Part shown: piece after piece, positions 9,539 through 20,096 of the stretch
Position numbering within the stretch: position 1 is the stretch's first letter
How the letters are laid out: every line of letters begins with the position of its first letter
DNA from: Pirellulales bacterium
GTDB taxonomy: Bacteria; Planctomycetota; Planctomycetia; Pirellulales; JADZDJ01
Direction of reading: 5' to 3'
Assembly: GCA_963820835.1 (NCBI GenBank)
Contig: CAWGBP010000036.1
Coordinates: 32,046 to 96,045 of the forward strand
Length of the DNA stretch: 64,000 bases
Notes under the pieces: generated by a model
Told to the model about the DNA's origin: nothing
The model's input: only the letters and a program-made list of their open reading frames with translations
Database searches by the model: none
Made by a program: the position numbers and the translations under genes

Positions 9539-11056
9539 TTAGATCGGGCTATGTGCTGGTTCGGGGAGCAGATATGAACTGAGGTGGTGGTCCAGCGCGG
9601 AGAGTGCATCGACGGTGGCGGCGGGGAAGCGGAAGCCGATGTGGCCGTCTGGTCGGACCATGGCGATGCCGCCGGCCGGTAAGCCTGCACGGTCGCGATC
9701 GACGCGCGGATTGTGATGGATTTGAATTAGCTTCGACCAGCGCTGCGCCGTGTGCGCGAGCAATTGCGAATCGTTGACATCGCCAAAGACAAGGACGTAG
9801 TGGGACGTGCCGCCGAAGCGGCGATGATCAGGATACCAGCGCCCGGGGCGCGGTCCCTTAGCATCGGCGCGGCCGGAGCCGTGGTCAACCACCAGCGGAC
9901 TGCCTGCATAGTCGACGTCGATCATGGCGCGGGAATTGCGCACGATGGCGGCGGTAATCGGATCGACGACTGCGGCATGGACCGGACGGCGTTGGCGCGC
10001 GGTGTCGGCCGCCTCAACGATGGACAGGTGCACCTGGTCGGAAACGTCAAGCACGTGGTGATCGGCGATGCGGCGTTCGATGGTGTAGCCTTCGACGAGC
10101 GGGTCGGCGGCGTGGCCGCGGAGCACCAGGGCGAGCTTCCAGGCGAGGTTGTAGGCATCGTGCAAACCGGCATTGAGCCCCTCGCCGCCAAAGGGGCTCG
10201 AAAGATGGGCGGCATCGCCGATTAAATAGCGCCGGCCGTGGGCCAGCCGCGAGACGATGCGCCGATGCATTCGGAACCGCGCGAACCAAGCAACATCGGT
10301 CGGTCGAAATTTTCCATCGAGGCGCGCGGCGGCGCGCGCGATGACTTCAGCGGCAGTGACCGATTCGACTTCTTCCTCCAAATCTTGAAAACTGATCCAG
10401 CGGCCGCCGGGGAGCGGGGCCAGGAGAAGCAAGCCGTGCTCGCTGCAGATGACGCCGGCTTCGTCGCGCGGCAGGGGCGAGGGCATGGCGATATCGGCCA
10501 CGAGGAATTGCCCACGGTAGGTGGTTCCTTCGAGAGGCTCGTCGGTGGAATGGCGCGTGACGCTGTGGGCCCCGCCTGCGCCGATGAGAATGCCGGGCCG
10601 CACGGTTTCGACGCGGCCGTCCGCATGGCGCATTTCGACGACGACATCGTCTCCGTTGAGTTCGACTTTGGCGGCGGTGACTCCGCGCTCGACGCGGCCG
10701 CCGAGGGAGACGAGGTGCTCTTCGAGAATGCGCTGCGTTTCGTATTGCGGCAGGCTCGACTGGAATTCGCAGGAGCAATCGATGCCGTCGTGACTCATGG
10801 CGGCTAATTCCTGCATGCCGGGACCATATAAGCGGGAGCAGCGAATGTGTTCGGAGGCGGCGAGGAAAGCGGGCAGGAGGCCGACCGATTCCAGGATTTC
10901 GAGAGTGCCGGGCTGGATAGCGGTGGCGCGGGCCTCGCGATGGGGCTCTGTTTCCTGCTCGATGAGCCGGGCTTGAATGCCGTGGTGCGCGAGTTCGGCG
11001 GCGGCGAACAGGCCGGAGGGACCGGCGCCGATGATTAAGATGTCGTTTGAGGGCAA
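9539..11056 (-). CDS. FAD-dependent aromatic-ring monooxygenase (PheA/TfdB-like)
   Basis: N-terminal Rossmann motif DILIIGAGPSGLFAAAELA. It also has GRVETVRPGILIGAGGAHSVTR and RRYLIGDAAHLSSPFGGEGLNAGLHDAYNLAWKL (the DG/GD FAD motifs). Confidence 0.9.
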   Translation of the reverse strand: MPSNDILIIGAGPSGLFAAAELAHHGIQARLIEQETEPHREARATAIQPGTLEILESVGLLPAFLAASEHIRCSRLYGPGMQELAAMSHDGIDCSCEFQSSLPQYETQRILEEHLVSLGGRVERGVTAAKVELNGDDVVVEMRHADGRVETVRPGILIGAGGAHSVTRHSTDEPLEGTTYRGQFLVADIAMPSPLPRDEAGVICSEHGLLLLAPLPGGRWISFQDLEEEVESVTAAEVIARAAARLDGKFRPTDVAWFARFRMHRRIVSRLAHGRRYLIGDAAHLSSPFGGEGLNAGLHDAYNLAWKLALVLRGHAADPLVEGYTIERRIADHHVLDVSDQVHLSIVEAADTARQRRPVHAAVVDPITAAIVRNSRAMIDVDYAGSPLVVDHGSGRADAKGPRPGRWYPDHRRFGGTSHYVLVFGDVNDSQLLAHTAQRWSKLIQIHHNPRVDRDRAGLPAGGIAMVRPDGHIGFRFPAATVDALSALDHHLSSYLLPEPAHSPI

Positions 11057-11235
11057 GTGAAGCCTGTGATGGAAGATTGGATTCGTGATGGCGGTACTTG
11101 GGTATTAGAATAACGGCTCCACGGGTAGTGTGACATCCTCGTCTGTTTTTCGCCAACAAATTCTGATTGCGCACGGTATCCCTCGAGGGCTTTTTAACAG
11201 ATTCCAAATTGAGGAAATCGACCATCGTGCAGATT

Positions 11236-12499
11236 ATGCGGCGCTCGTCGGACAATTTACGAAGGTTTTGGCGCCTTGTTGCGGCCTTGATTTTGGCTGT
11301 CGGATTGTTTTGGTGCGGCCGAATAGTATTGCTGCACGCATATGCCGGCAGCGAGCCGATTGCAATTAGCAGCGAAGTTGCGCCGGCGACGTATGAGCGA
11401 GCGTTTCAGCGCGTGGAGATCGACCGGCCGGTATTTCTGACCTATCCGCCGGATGGCAGCAATCGGATTGCCGTGATATCGCAGTACGGGAGCATGTACT
11501 TGTTTCCCAATGACGCGCGCGTGGAAGAACCGAACGAGGCGCTGAACATTCGACAAAAAGTGGCCTACAAAGACAGTTCGAACGAAGAAGGGTTGTTGGG
11601 TTTGGCATTTCATCCGCGATTTCGTGAGAATCGGCAATTCTTTTTGTATTACACGAACGTGGATCACGTGAATGTGCTCTCACGATTTACGATGTCGGTT
11701 GCGGATGCGAATCGGGCGGATGCGGACTCGGAAGAAGAAATCCTGAGCGGGCCGAAACGCGATTCTTGGAACCATAATGGCGGGACAATTGTGTTTGGTC
11801 CCGACGGATATTTGTACGTAGCGGTTGGAGATGGCGGACCGATTAACGATCCGCATGGAAACGGACAGAGCGTCGGGACAATTCTTGGAAAGATTTTGCG
11901 GATCGACGTCGACCATCAAGATCCCGGGCTCAAGTACGCGATTCCGAAAGACAATCCGTTCTTAGGAGTTCCTGGGGCGCGTAGTGAGATTTGGGCGTTG
12001 GGCCTGCGGAATGTGTGGCGGATGTCGTTCGATCGAGAAACGGGTCGGTTATGGGCGGGGGACGTGGGGGCAAGACACGTGGGAGGAAGTCGATATCATT
12101 CAGCGCGGCGGCAACTATGGCTGGAGCATTTACGAGGGTTTTTCGAAATTTAAATCGAAGGGAGAACCGCCTGGTGCGGCGCCGCCGGCGAAGATCTACG
12201 GCACACTTGTGGATCCGATCTTTGCGTACAACCACACGGTTGGGAATTGCATTATTGGCGGGTGCGTTTATCGAGGAAAAGCGGCGCCCGAATTGGCAGG
12301 TGCGTACTTGTTTGCTGACTATGTGACCGGGCAACTCTATGCTCTGTCGTTTGACGAAGCGCGCGGCAGGGCTTTAGCGGTGACGCCGATTAACCCACCA
12401 AGCATGCCCGTGTTCTCATTCGGCGAAGACGAACATGGTGAGGTTTATTTCACCACCATGCAGGGGATAATCAATCGGATCGTGGGAAGGGGCAAGTAG
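11236..12499 (+). CDS. PQQ-dependent sugar (glucose/sorbosone) dehydrogenase-like beta-propeller, frameshifted in a G5 run at 12066-12070
   Basis: ORFs 11167..12153 and 11984..12499 join as ...GRLWAGDVG|QDTWEEVDIIQRGGNYGWSIYEG if one G is removed from GTGGGGGCAA. Family motifs are GLLGLAFHP, HNGGTIVFGPDGYLYVAVGDGG and NPFLGVPGARSEIWALGLRN. Confidence 0.8.
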
Positions 12500-12573
12500 C
12501 AGTCATTTTGTCACGGTCGATTGAGGCGCTTGGCGGACGACTGGCCCGAAAGAATGTCGCTTGCGCGACTTCG

Positions 12574-13899
12574 CTATTTGTTTGCGTAAAGCTTGGCGAT
12601 GGCGCGGGCGTAGGCAGGGAGATCGGTCCAAGGGGTGGTCGAGAACCAGGCAATGACCAGATCTTTTGAAGGCGAAACGTACAAGCCTTGGCCATTTAAG
12701 CCCGATTTGAAGAAGTCGCCGTCGTCGAAGACAACGTCCCACTGTCGGCTGTTGCCCCGCGGGGAATCGCCGCCGAAAATTTTGGACATTTGAGTCCGCT
12801 TGTCGGCTGGGTAAATTTCTGGCCGCACGCCTTTTTGGATTTTTTTCACGACTTCGTCCGGAATGACTTGCTCGCGGGCGGCCCGATTCCAACTGGGTGT
12901 GTAGAGCAGGCCGTAGCGCGCCAGATCGCGCAGGCGAATGGAAATGAACCCGACGGGCAAGGCCATGCCGTCGGGGGCGATGGTCACGGTCAGATCGCCT
13001 TCGGCGCCAACCTTTGACCAGACGCGCGACTCGAAAATATCGCTCCAGGGGCGATGCTCAACTGCTTCGGCGAGCAGAACGAGCACTTGCGAGTTGAGCG
13101 ACGAATATTGAAACTGCTCGCCAGGGGGGCAGAGCTTTGTCGCGGAGCGGATGACGTCGAGTGGGAGTTCGATTTTGCCGGCATCGTTGGGAAGGCCGAA
13201 AATGGCACGCACGAAGCGGGAGAAGGCGGCGGCGGGATCATCGAGATTTTTGCGGTTCTCGACCACGTCGAGGCCGCTAGCCATGTCGAGAACATTGATG
13301 ACTTTGATCTCGCTCCAGGCGGTATCTTTCAACTCGGGCACGTAGGCGCCAATGGTTTTGTTGACGTCGATTTTTCCTTCGGCTTCCAAGAGGGCGATCA
13401 CCAGGCCAATGGTCGTTTTGCCGACCGACATGGTGATGTGGCAATCGGTTTCGAGCATGCCGGGATAGGATTCGAACGCAATCTTGCCGCCATGAACAAT
13501 AATCATGCCTTGCGCGCGCGATTTGGGATTAGCAAGATACTCGGCAAGCGTCATTTCGCCGGCGACCGTCGGGATGCGTAATGAATCGAGCTGCGGATCG
13601 AGTGCATATTCCAGCGGCAGGACCTCGCCCGTGCGCGGGATTCGAGCTGTAGGATGAAATTCGGAAAAGTGAAGATAGCTATAGAGCGAGACATCGCCCG
13701 ATTCGAAGATCGGATCGCGCTTCCACTGAGCGCGAATAGCGGAAATTTGCTCGGGCGTGAAGCCGTTTCGAGCGGCGGAGACGGGTTGCAGGTCGGCGGC
13801 AGGGGCCGATGAATTGCTATTGGGAGTAGACGACGCCGGCGACGTGCCGCAGCCTGCTAGGGCGCAGAGAAGAGGCGCAGAAGATTGGGGCGAAGGCAA
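12574..13899 (-). CDS. serine hydrolase, beta-lactamase/transpeptidase-like family
   Basis: S-x-x-K motif in MSVGKTTIGLVIALLEAEGKIDVN. The listed start is TTG followed by a lipobox-like LAGC. An alternative ATG at 13918 lies in another frame, so the start is uncertain. Confidence 0.75.
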   Translation of the reverse strand: MPSPQSSAPLLCALAGCGTSPASSTPNSNSSAPAADLQPVSAARNGFTPEQISAIRAQWKRDPIFESGDVSLYSYLHFSEFHPTARIPRTGEVLPLEYALDPQLDSLRIPTVAGEMTLAEYLANPKSRAQGMIIVHGGKIAFESYPGMLETDCHITMSVGKTTIGLVIALLEAEGKIDVNKTIGAYVPELKDTAWSEIKVINVLDMASGLDVVENRKNLDDPAAAFSRFVRAIFGLPNDAGKIELPLDVIRSATKLCPPGEQFQYSSLNSQVLVLLAEAVEHRPWSDIFESRVWSKVGAEGDLTVTIAPDGMALPVGFISIRLRDLARYGLLYTPSWNRAAREQVIPDEVVKKIQKGVRPEIYPADKRTQMSKIFGGDSPRGNSRQWDVVFDDGDFFKSGLNGQGLYVSPSKDLVIAWFSTTPWTDLPAYARAIAKLYANK

Positions 13900-14017
13900 A
13901 ACGCGATGAGGGCAGCATGCAATTATTCGATTAAACCGATTGTTTTTAGGCGGCCAGTTTTTTCTGCCGGAATCGTTTCAGTATAGCAGCCGCAGTATTC
14001 GAGATTTATTTTGAGCG

Positions 14018-14539
14018 CTAGCCATCGGTCGGATTTACAGGCGTCGGCAGAATCAGTTGATAGAACACGAGGTCGAGCCAGCGGCCGAATTTGAAACCGG
14101 CCTGTTTGACCGTGCCGCAATATGTGAAGCCGAGCTTTTCGTGGAGGCGGATGCTGGCCCCGTTGGTCGCGTCGATGCCGCCGACTAAGACGTGGTAATT
14201 CTGCTCGCGAGCGCGGGCGATAAGTTGCTTGAGAAGTTCGCGGCCGATTCCGCGGCCGCGGTGCTCGTGGTGAACATAGACGGAGTGTTCCACCGTGTAT
14301 TTGTAGCCGGGACGCTCGCGAAATATTCCATAGGTGGCGAAGCCGAGAAGCTGGCCGTCAGAATCCACGGCGCCAATGACAGGGTAATTGGCGTTTCGCT
14401 TGGTTTCGAACCAGGCGCGCATGCTTTCGGGCGGGCGCGGGTTGTAATCGTACAGCGCGGTGGAGTGGACGATGGCGTGGTTCAAGATTTCAAGAATGGC
14501 CGTGGCGTGTTCGGTTTCGGTGCAATCGATGTGTTTCAT
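14018..14539 (-). CDS. GNAT acetyltransferase of the phosphinothricin/methionine-sulfoximine N-acetyltransferase (PAT) type
   Basis: The 173-aa protein carries ILNHAIVHSTALYDYNPRPPESMRAWF, SVYVHHEHRGRGIGRELLKQLIARAREQNYHVLVGGIDATNGASIRLHEKLGF and RWLDLVFYQL, as in PAT-family enzymes. Confidence 0.8.
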   Translation of the reverse strand: MKHIDCTETEHATAILEILNHAIVHSTALYDYNPRPPESMRAWFETKRNANYPVIGAVDSDGQLLGFATYGIFRERPGYKYTVEHSVYVHHEHRGRGIGRELLKQLIARAREQNYHVLVGGIDATNGASIRLHEKLGFTYCGTVKQAGFKFGRWLDLVFYQLILPTPVNPTDG

Positions 14540-14959
14540 AACTGCTTGCTGTTAGCTCGTTGTGTGGCAATTCGCTTTAGTTGTCTACCAGCACGTCAAT
14601 GCTAGCAGACTTGATGTAAATCACGGATAGTTGGGCAGTTTGGATTGATGAAGGTGAGTCTAACGATTCCGTCGATTTTTCCGTTTCGTCAAAGTTTGCG
14701 GGCCATGCAGTCGATACCAAGGGTGCCAATCTCTCTCTAGGCACGCGCGCCCATAAAGTGTGCTGTCACCGGAGGGCTTGGTTCGGGGGGAACTGAACTG
14801 TGAAAGAACTGTCCGACGGGTAAATCGGTTCGCAAACCAACTTAGCTGGCAGCGATGCAATCAGTCGCACGGCAAGCAAGAGCGCCTCAAAGTAGATCGA
14901 AGAGGCGGCAGGTAAGCGAATGCGGTGGCCTGGCATGTTCCAACGGGGATGTGAACCCA

Positions 14960-17542
14960 ATGACTCAATGCATCAAATGTTTCTTGCCGAGTTGCGCACT
15001 GGCGGCACTGGTCGTGCTGTTGGGAAGTGTTCTTTTGGCCACCGGCTGTTCGCCGCAGCAACCGTTCTATTTCTTCGAGGACGGTGATCTTTCCCACTAT
15101 GTGGGTATGGCGACGAACATTGAATACCCCGATGTGAATACGTGCAGCCTGGAGGAAGTCGATAATCCGCCTGCGCCGTTTACGATCAGCAATCCGAATC
15201 CGGATCAGACGCTTGATCTCAAGCTGGAAGACGCGGTGCGCATTGCGCTGGAAAACGGCAAGGTAATGCGGTCGCTGGGGGCGCGTTTGTTCATTACGCC
15301 GAACCTCGTGCGCACGCAAGTTGCCAACACACCCGATGTGCTCACAACCCAATCGCCAGCGGCAATGACGGTGTACGAACCGGCCATTGCCGACACGGAT
15401 CCGATTTTCGGCGTGGAAGGTGCGCTCTCGGCGTTCGACGCGCAGTTCAACGCCAGCATGATTTGGGATAAGCACGACACGCCGGAAAACGTTAATCCGC
15501 TTGCCACCGGAATTCAAGCATCAGTCTTCCAGCAAGATTTGGGCACCTTCCAAGAAGGTATCAGCAAGACTACAGCCACCGGCGGCGAATTCAGCTTCGT
15601 CAATAACACGATTTACAATGATAACAACAATCCTCTAAATCAGACGCCGAACGACTGGACCACGAATTTCGAACTCAGCTTCAAGCAGCCTTTGTTGCAG
15701 GGCGCCGGCAGTTTGTATAACCGCATTGCGGGACCGTTCGATCCGCTACGCGGCATTGGAACCTATTTGCAATACGACGGCGTAGTGATTGCGCGCATCA
15801 GAACCGACATTCGATTGGCCGATTTTGAAGCCGGTGTGCGGAATTTCGTGTCGGATGTGGAAAACGCGTATTGGGAACTGTATTTCGCCTATCGCAATGT
15901 GGGCGCGGCCAAGATCGGCCGTGATTCCGCCTTGCAAACATGGCGAAAAGTTCACGCGCTGTTCATCGGCGAGGCGCGCGGCGGCGAAGCCGACAAGGAA
16001 GCCCAAGCCCGCGAACAATACTTCTTCTTCCGCGGGTCGCTGGAAACCGCGCTGGCAGATTTGTACCGGGCTGAAAACCGGCTGCGTTACATGATGGGCC
16101 TGGCCGCGACCGATGGCCGGCTGATTCGCCCCGTCGACGAACCGACCGATGCCCGAGTGACATTCGATTGGTGCGAAGTGCACGCCGAAGCGTTGTGCCG
16201 CTCGGTTGAGCTGCGGCAGGAAAAGTGGCGCGTGAAGCAAATGGAAATGCAGCTTATCGCGTCGAAGAACTTGCTGTTGCCGCGGTTGGATGTGTTGGGC
16301 ACATACCGCTTTTTGGGCGTGGGCGAAGATCTAATCAACCAACCAGGCACACCATATAACCCATCGACGGGCCAGCTTATCAACGGGACCGATGCGTTCT
16401 CGACATTGGCGCACGGCGATTTCCAAGAATGGGAAACGGGCCTGCAATTCAGTATGCCGATCGGTTTCCGTCAACAACTAGCGGCCGTGCGCAACGCGCA
16501 GCTGCAATTGGCCCGCGAGCGGTCGATTTTGCAAGACATGGAATTGGAAGTTTCGCATCAAATCGCCGATGCGGTGCGCGACGTGGATACCAACTACACG
16601 TTGGCGCAAACGTTCTTCAACCGCCGCGTGGCTGCTGAACGCGAAGTGGAAGCCGTGATGGCCGCGTACGATGCCGGCACGGTGACCCTCGATTTACTGT
16701 TGGAAGCGCAGCGCAATCGGTCGGATGCTGAAGCGGGGTACTACCGCGCTTTGACCGACTATAACAAGGCAATCATGCTCGTGCATTACCGCAAGGGTTC
16801 GCTGTTGGAATACAACGGCGTATATCTGGCGGAAGGCCCCTGGCCTGCGAAGGCTTACTTCGATGCGAAGCGCCGGGCTCGGGCACGCGACGCGGCCACG
16901 TATATCGACTACGGATTCACGCGACCGGCGGTGTTTAGCACAGGACCGTTCCCACAGTTCCAAAATACCGACGGCACGAGCGGACACGTCGATGGGGTGC
17001 CGACGGAGGCCATGCCGCAAAACATTCCGGAAAATGTAATGCCGCCACAGCCAGGGCAGCGCATGATGCCTGGCGGAAATGGCGGCGAGTTGCCGGCTCC
17101 GATGCCCGGGCCGGGGCCGATGACCAATCGCGGCACCGATCCGATTGGCGGGCCACGGTTTGGAGCCAATCGTAGCCCATCGAACGGAAACGCAACAAAT
17201 AGCATTCCCGCATACGATCCGGGTCATACCGCAGCTAACGGCGTCGCGCGTGGAAATAGCGCGGCAATCCAACCGGGCGCACTGCCAAACCAAGCCAATA
17301 CCGAAGGCAGCGCGAGCAAGGGTCAAGTCCAGCAGGCCGGTTATCAAGAAGAAACACCCGACTGGGGCGATATTCCGCTCGGGATTCCTGGCACGAAGGG
17401 CGCTTCGACCAGCGACTCGGGCGCTTCGCAAACCTCCAGCGGCGGTCAGTGGAAATCGAGCTACATCTATGGGTCCGATGCTGCGGCCCCGACTGCTGGC
17501 ACCAATGGCGCAGCAACGCCTTGGAAGCGGGCGGGATACTGA
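14960..17542 (+). CDS. TolC-family outer membrane efflux protein (lipoprotein) with a ~200-aa Pro/Gly/Asn/Ala-rich C-terminal tail
   Basis: ATG at 14960. Signal plus lipobox LLATGC. Two OEP-type repeats begin LKLEDAVRIALENG... and CEVHAEALCRSVELRQEKWRVKQMEMQL.... From about nt 16950 onward the sequence is low complexity. Confidence 0.8.
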   Translation: MTQCIKCFLPSCALAALVVLLGSVLLATGCSPQQPFYFFEDGDLSHYVGMATNIEYPDVNTCSLEEVDNPPAPFTISNPNPDQTLDLKLEDAVRIALENGKVMRSLGARLFITPNLVRTQVANTPDVLTTQSPAAMTVYEPAIADTDPIFGVEGALSAFDAQFNASMIWDKHDTPENVNPLATGIQASVFQQDLGTFQEGISKTTATGGEFSFVNNTIYNDNNNPLNQTPNDWTTNFELSFKQPLLQGAGSLYNRIAGPFDPLRGIGTYLQYDGVVIARIRTDIRLADFEAGVRNFVSDVENAYWELYFAYRNVGAAKIGRDSALQTWRKVHALFIGEARGGEADKEAQAREQYFFFRGSLETALADLYRAENRLRYMMGLAATDGRLIRPVDEPTDARVTFDWCEVHAEALCRSVELRQEKWRVKQMEMQLIASKNLLLPRLDVLGTYRFLGVGEDLINQPGTPYNPSTGQLINGTDAFSTLAHGDFQEWETGLQFSMPIGFRQQLAAVRNAQLQLARERSILQDMELEVSHQIADAVRDVDTNYTLAQTFFNRRVAAEREVEAVMAAYDAGTVTLDLLLEAQRNRSDAEAGYYRALTDYNKAIMLVHYRKGSLLEYNGVYLAEGPWPAKAYFDAKRRARARDAATYIDYGFTRPAVFSTGPFPQFQNTDGTSGHVDGVPTEAMPQNIPENVMPPQPGQRMMPGGNGGELPAPMPGPGPMTNRGTDPIGGPRFGANRSPSNGNATNSIPAYDPGHTAANGVARGNSAAIQPGALPNQANTEGSASKGQVQQAGYQEETPDWGDIPLGIPGTKGASTSDSGASQTSSGGQWKSSYIYGSDAAAPTAGTNGAATPWKRAGY

Positions 17543-17685
17543 ATTGCGCTTTATCGACTGCGCTGATCGAGCGATTTGTTCGCGATCGATATGCACTTTG
17601 CCACGAAGGATGTGCCAAACGCGGGAAAGTTCTCCCGTTTCACGTAAGTCAATCAAAACAGTGATTGCGTGCGCCGCTGAATAAA

Positions 17686-19689
17686 TCAGTATTCGTCCCC
17701 GCCGCTTTCACCTTCGTCGAAGCGGGGTGGCGGCTTCAGGCCGCGGACTTGTTTGGTGCGCACTTCTTCTTTGAGCTTGGCGATGGCGTCGGCAAGGGGA
17801 ATCGCACCTTTATCGCCTTCGATGCGGTCGCGCACTGAAACGGTGCCCGCTTCGGCATCTTTGGGGCCGACCACGAACATATAGGGGATCAACTGTAACT
17901 GACCATCGCGCACTTTGGCTCCCAATTTTTCGGCGCGATAATCGCCGGTCACGCGCAGGCCGGCTGCCTTCAGTTCGTTCTCAACGCGCCGGCCGTACTC
18001 TTCGCTCTTTTCGCTTACCGTTAGCACGCGCACTTGTTCCGGGGCCAGCCATAAAGGAAACGCCCCGGCAAAATGCTCGATGAGCACGCCGACGAAGCGC
18101 TCGAGCGAACCTAAGGGTGCGCGGTGGATCATCACTGGCTTGTGGGGCTGGTTGTCGGGACCAATATATTCCAGATCAAAGCGTTCCTTGCTGGGCAAGT
18201 TGTAATCGACTTGCACGGTGCCCAATTGCCAATCGCGCCCCAAGCAATCGCGGACGACGAAATCGATCTTCGGGCCGTAAAACGCGGCCTCGCCACGCTC
18301 GACGGTCAGATGCGGCAAGTTCAAACTCTTGGCGACATTCAAAATGGCCTCCTCGGCTTTGTTCCACGCCGCATCGCTGCCGACATATTTGTCGCTGGTC
18401 GGATCGCGAAAGCCCAGCCGGACGCGATAATCGCTTAAGCCCAGTGCGCCTAGCACGGTTTGCGTGAAATCGATGCAGCCGCGAATTTCATCGGCCACCT
18501 GATCTTCGGTGCAGAAAATGTGGGCGTCGTCTTGCGTGAAGCCGCGCACGCGCGTCATGCCGCCAAGTTCGCCCGATTGCTCGTAGCGATATACGGTGCC
18601 GAACTCGGCCAATCGGCACGGAAGCTCGCGATAGCTGCGCGGCTTGCTTTTGTAGATCATGATGTGGTGCGGACAATTCATCGGCTTGAGCAAGTACTGC
18701 TCGTCGTCCGACATCACGATTGGCTTGAACTGGCTGTCGGCATAGTACGGATAGTGGCCGGAGATTTTGTACAAATCGATCTTGCCAATGTTGGGAGTGT
18801 ACACTGGTTCGTAGCCGCGCTTGATCAACTCGTCTTTGACAAATTGCTCAAGCAGTCCGCGCACAATTGCCCCCTTGGGCAGCCACAAAATCAGGCCGGA
18901 GCCGACTAGCGGGCTGGTCGCGAATAATTCCAGGTGCTTGCCGAGTGTGCGATGATCGCGGCGCTTGGCCTCTTCCAGTGCGGCAAGATAGTTGTCGAGG
19001 TCTTCCTTGCTGAACCAGGCGGTGCCATACAGCCGCTGAAGCTGTTCGCGCGATTGGTCGCCTTTCCAATATGCGCCGGCGACGCTCGTGAGTTTGAATG
19101 CGCCAATGTAGCCGGCGCTAGGCACGTGCGGGCCGCGGCACAGGTCAATAAATTCCCCCTGCCGGTAAAATGACATCGACTTGTGATCTTTGAGGCCGGT
19201 GTTGATATGTTCCACTTTGAACTGTTGGCCCAGCTCCTGGCAGAGTTGCAAGGCTTTATCGCGCGGTTCTTCCAGGCGTTCAAAGGCTTCGTCGGCTTTG
19301 ACGATTTTGGCCATTTCCGCTTCGATCTTCGGAAAATCTTCCTCGGTCAGCGAGCGCGGCAACATCATGTCGTAATAAAAGCCGCCGCTTACCGTTGGGC
19401 CAAACGCCAGTTGCACGCCGTCAAAAATGCGCATGACAGCCCGGGCCATGACGTGAGCGCACGAATGCCGCATAACGCCCAAGGCGGCCGCGTCTTTTTT
19501 GGTAAGAATTCGAAGAGCAATTTCGCCGTCGCTGGGCAGCGGTGTATCGAGACCGACTATTTTGCCGTCGATGACCGCGGCGACGGCGGCTTTGGCCAAG
19601 CCGGGGCCAATATCGGCTGCGACATCTTTGGCCCGCATGTGTTGCGAATAGGTTTTAACAGTACCGTCGGGGAGCTTGACCTTGAGCAT
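17686..19689 (-). CDS. thrS: threonine--tRNA ligase
   Basis: 667 aa. It has a TGS start ([14 protein letters not shown]), the editing-domain HSCAHVMA motif, class II core motifs (FRRDHRTLG-like [35 protein letters not shown]) and a C-terminal anticodon-binding domain. Confidence 0.97.
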   Translation of the reverse strand: MLKVKLPDGTVKTYSQHMRAKDVAADIGPGLAKAAVAAVIDGKIVGLDTPLPSDGEIALRILTKKDAAALGVMRHSCAHVMARAVMRIFDGVQLAFGPTVSGGFYYDMMLPRSLTEEDFPKIEAEMAKIVKADEAFERLEEPRDKALQLCQELGQQFKVEHINTGLKDHKSMSFYRQGEFIDLCRGPHVPSAGYIGAFKLTSVAGAYWKGDQSREQLQRLYGTAWFSKEDLDNYLAALEEAKRRDHRTLGKHLELFATSPLVGSGLILWLPKGAIVRGLLEQFVKDELIKRGYEPVYTPNIGKIDLYKISGHYPYYADSQFKPIVMSDDEQYLLKPMNCPHHIMIYKSKPRSYRELPCRLAEFGTVYRYEQSGELGGMTRVRGFTQDDAHIFCTEDQVADEIRGCIDFTQTVLGALGLSDYRVRLGFRDPTSDKYVGSDAAWNKAEEAILNVAKSLNLPHLTVERGEAAFYGPKIDFVVRDCLGRDWQLGTVQVDYNLPSKERFDLEYIGPDNQPHKPVMIHRAPLGSLERFVGVLIEHFAGAFPLWLAPEQVRVLTVSEKSEEYGRRVENELKAAGLRVTGDYRAEKLGAKVRDGQLQLIPYMFVVGPKDAEAGTVSVRDRIEGDKGAIPLADAIAKLKEEVRTKQVRGLKPPPRFDEGESGGDEY

Positions 19690-20096
19690 GGTGTGTTAAG
19701 GTTTCTATGCCGCCCGGCCGCGGGGTCGGACGAAGTTTGGGCATCGATACAAAGGACGCCTGAAATTGCGTATTCCGCTGGGGCGGATCGAACACTCGCA
19801 AGGTAGCAAACGCGGCGAGTTTAGAGCAAGCGGGGCTTTTTACTCTGGCCATGGTTGGTACCAGCCGGGGAAATCACTGCCACTGGGCCTTGAACGCAGT
19901 GGCAAATGCTGGCGGCGTCTTTTTTCAAGACAGAGAAACGTTCCATGAGGCTCGCTAGGTTTCAAGTTTTATGCCGTGCTAACACGCCCGGTTGTATTTT
20001 CGCCATTTTTTGCTTGATGATTTGGCGGCCGCGAGTTAATGTTTTTAGATACGCTAAAGGGAGTAGTTACCAAGTATTTGCAACAGGATTGTCCGC

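Noticed and set aside
10347-11255. 302-aa minus-strand ORF, extremely Arg/Pro/His-rich, overlapping the FAD monooxygenase gene in another frame
   Set aside because: The composition is typical of an out-of-frame read through a high-GC gene. The monooxygenase frame carries all conserved motifs. The ORF has no start context.
16694-17656. 320-aa ORF antisense to the TolC-like C-terminal tail
   Set aside because: It is the low-complexity antisense of a low-complexity coding region. It has no motifs and no RBS.
19760-19800. TCGAAC-containing segment upstream of thrS that resembled a tRNA T-arm on the minus strand
   Set aside because: The flanking bases do not form a T-stem or acceptor stem, and no cloverleaf can be drawn.
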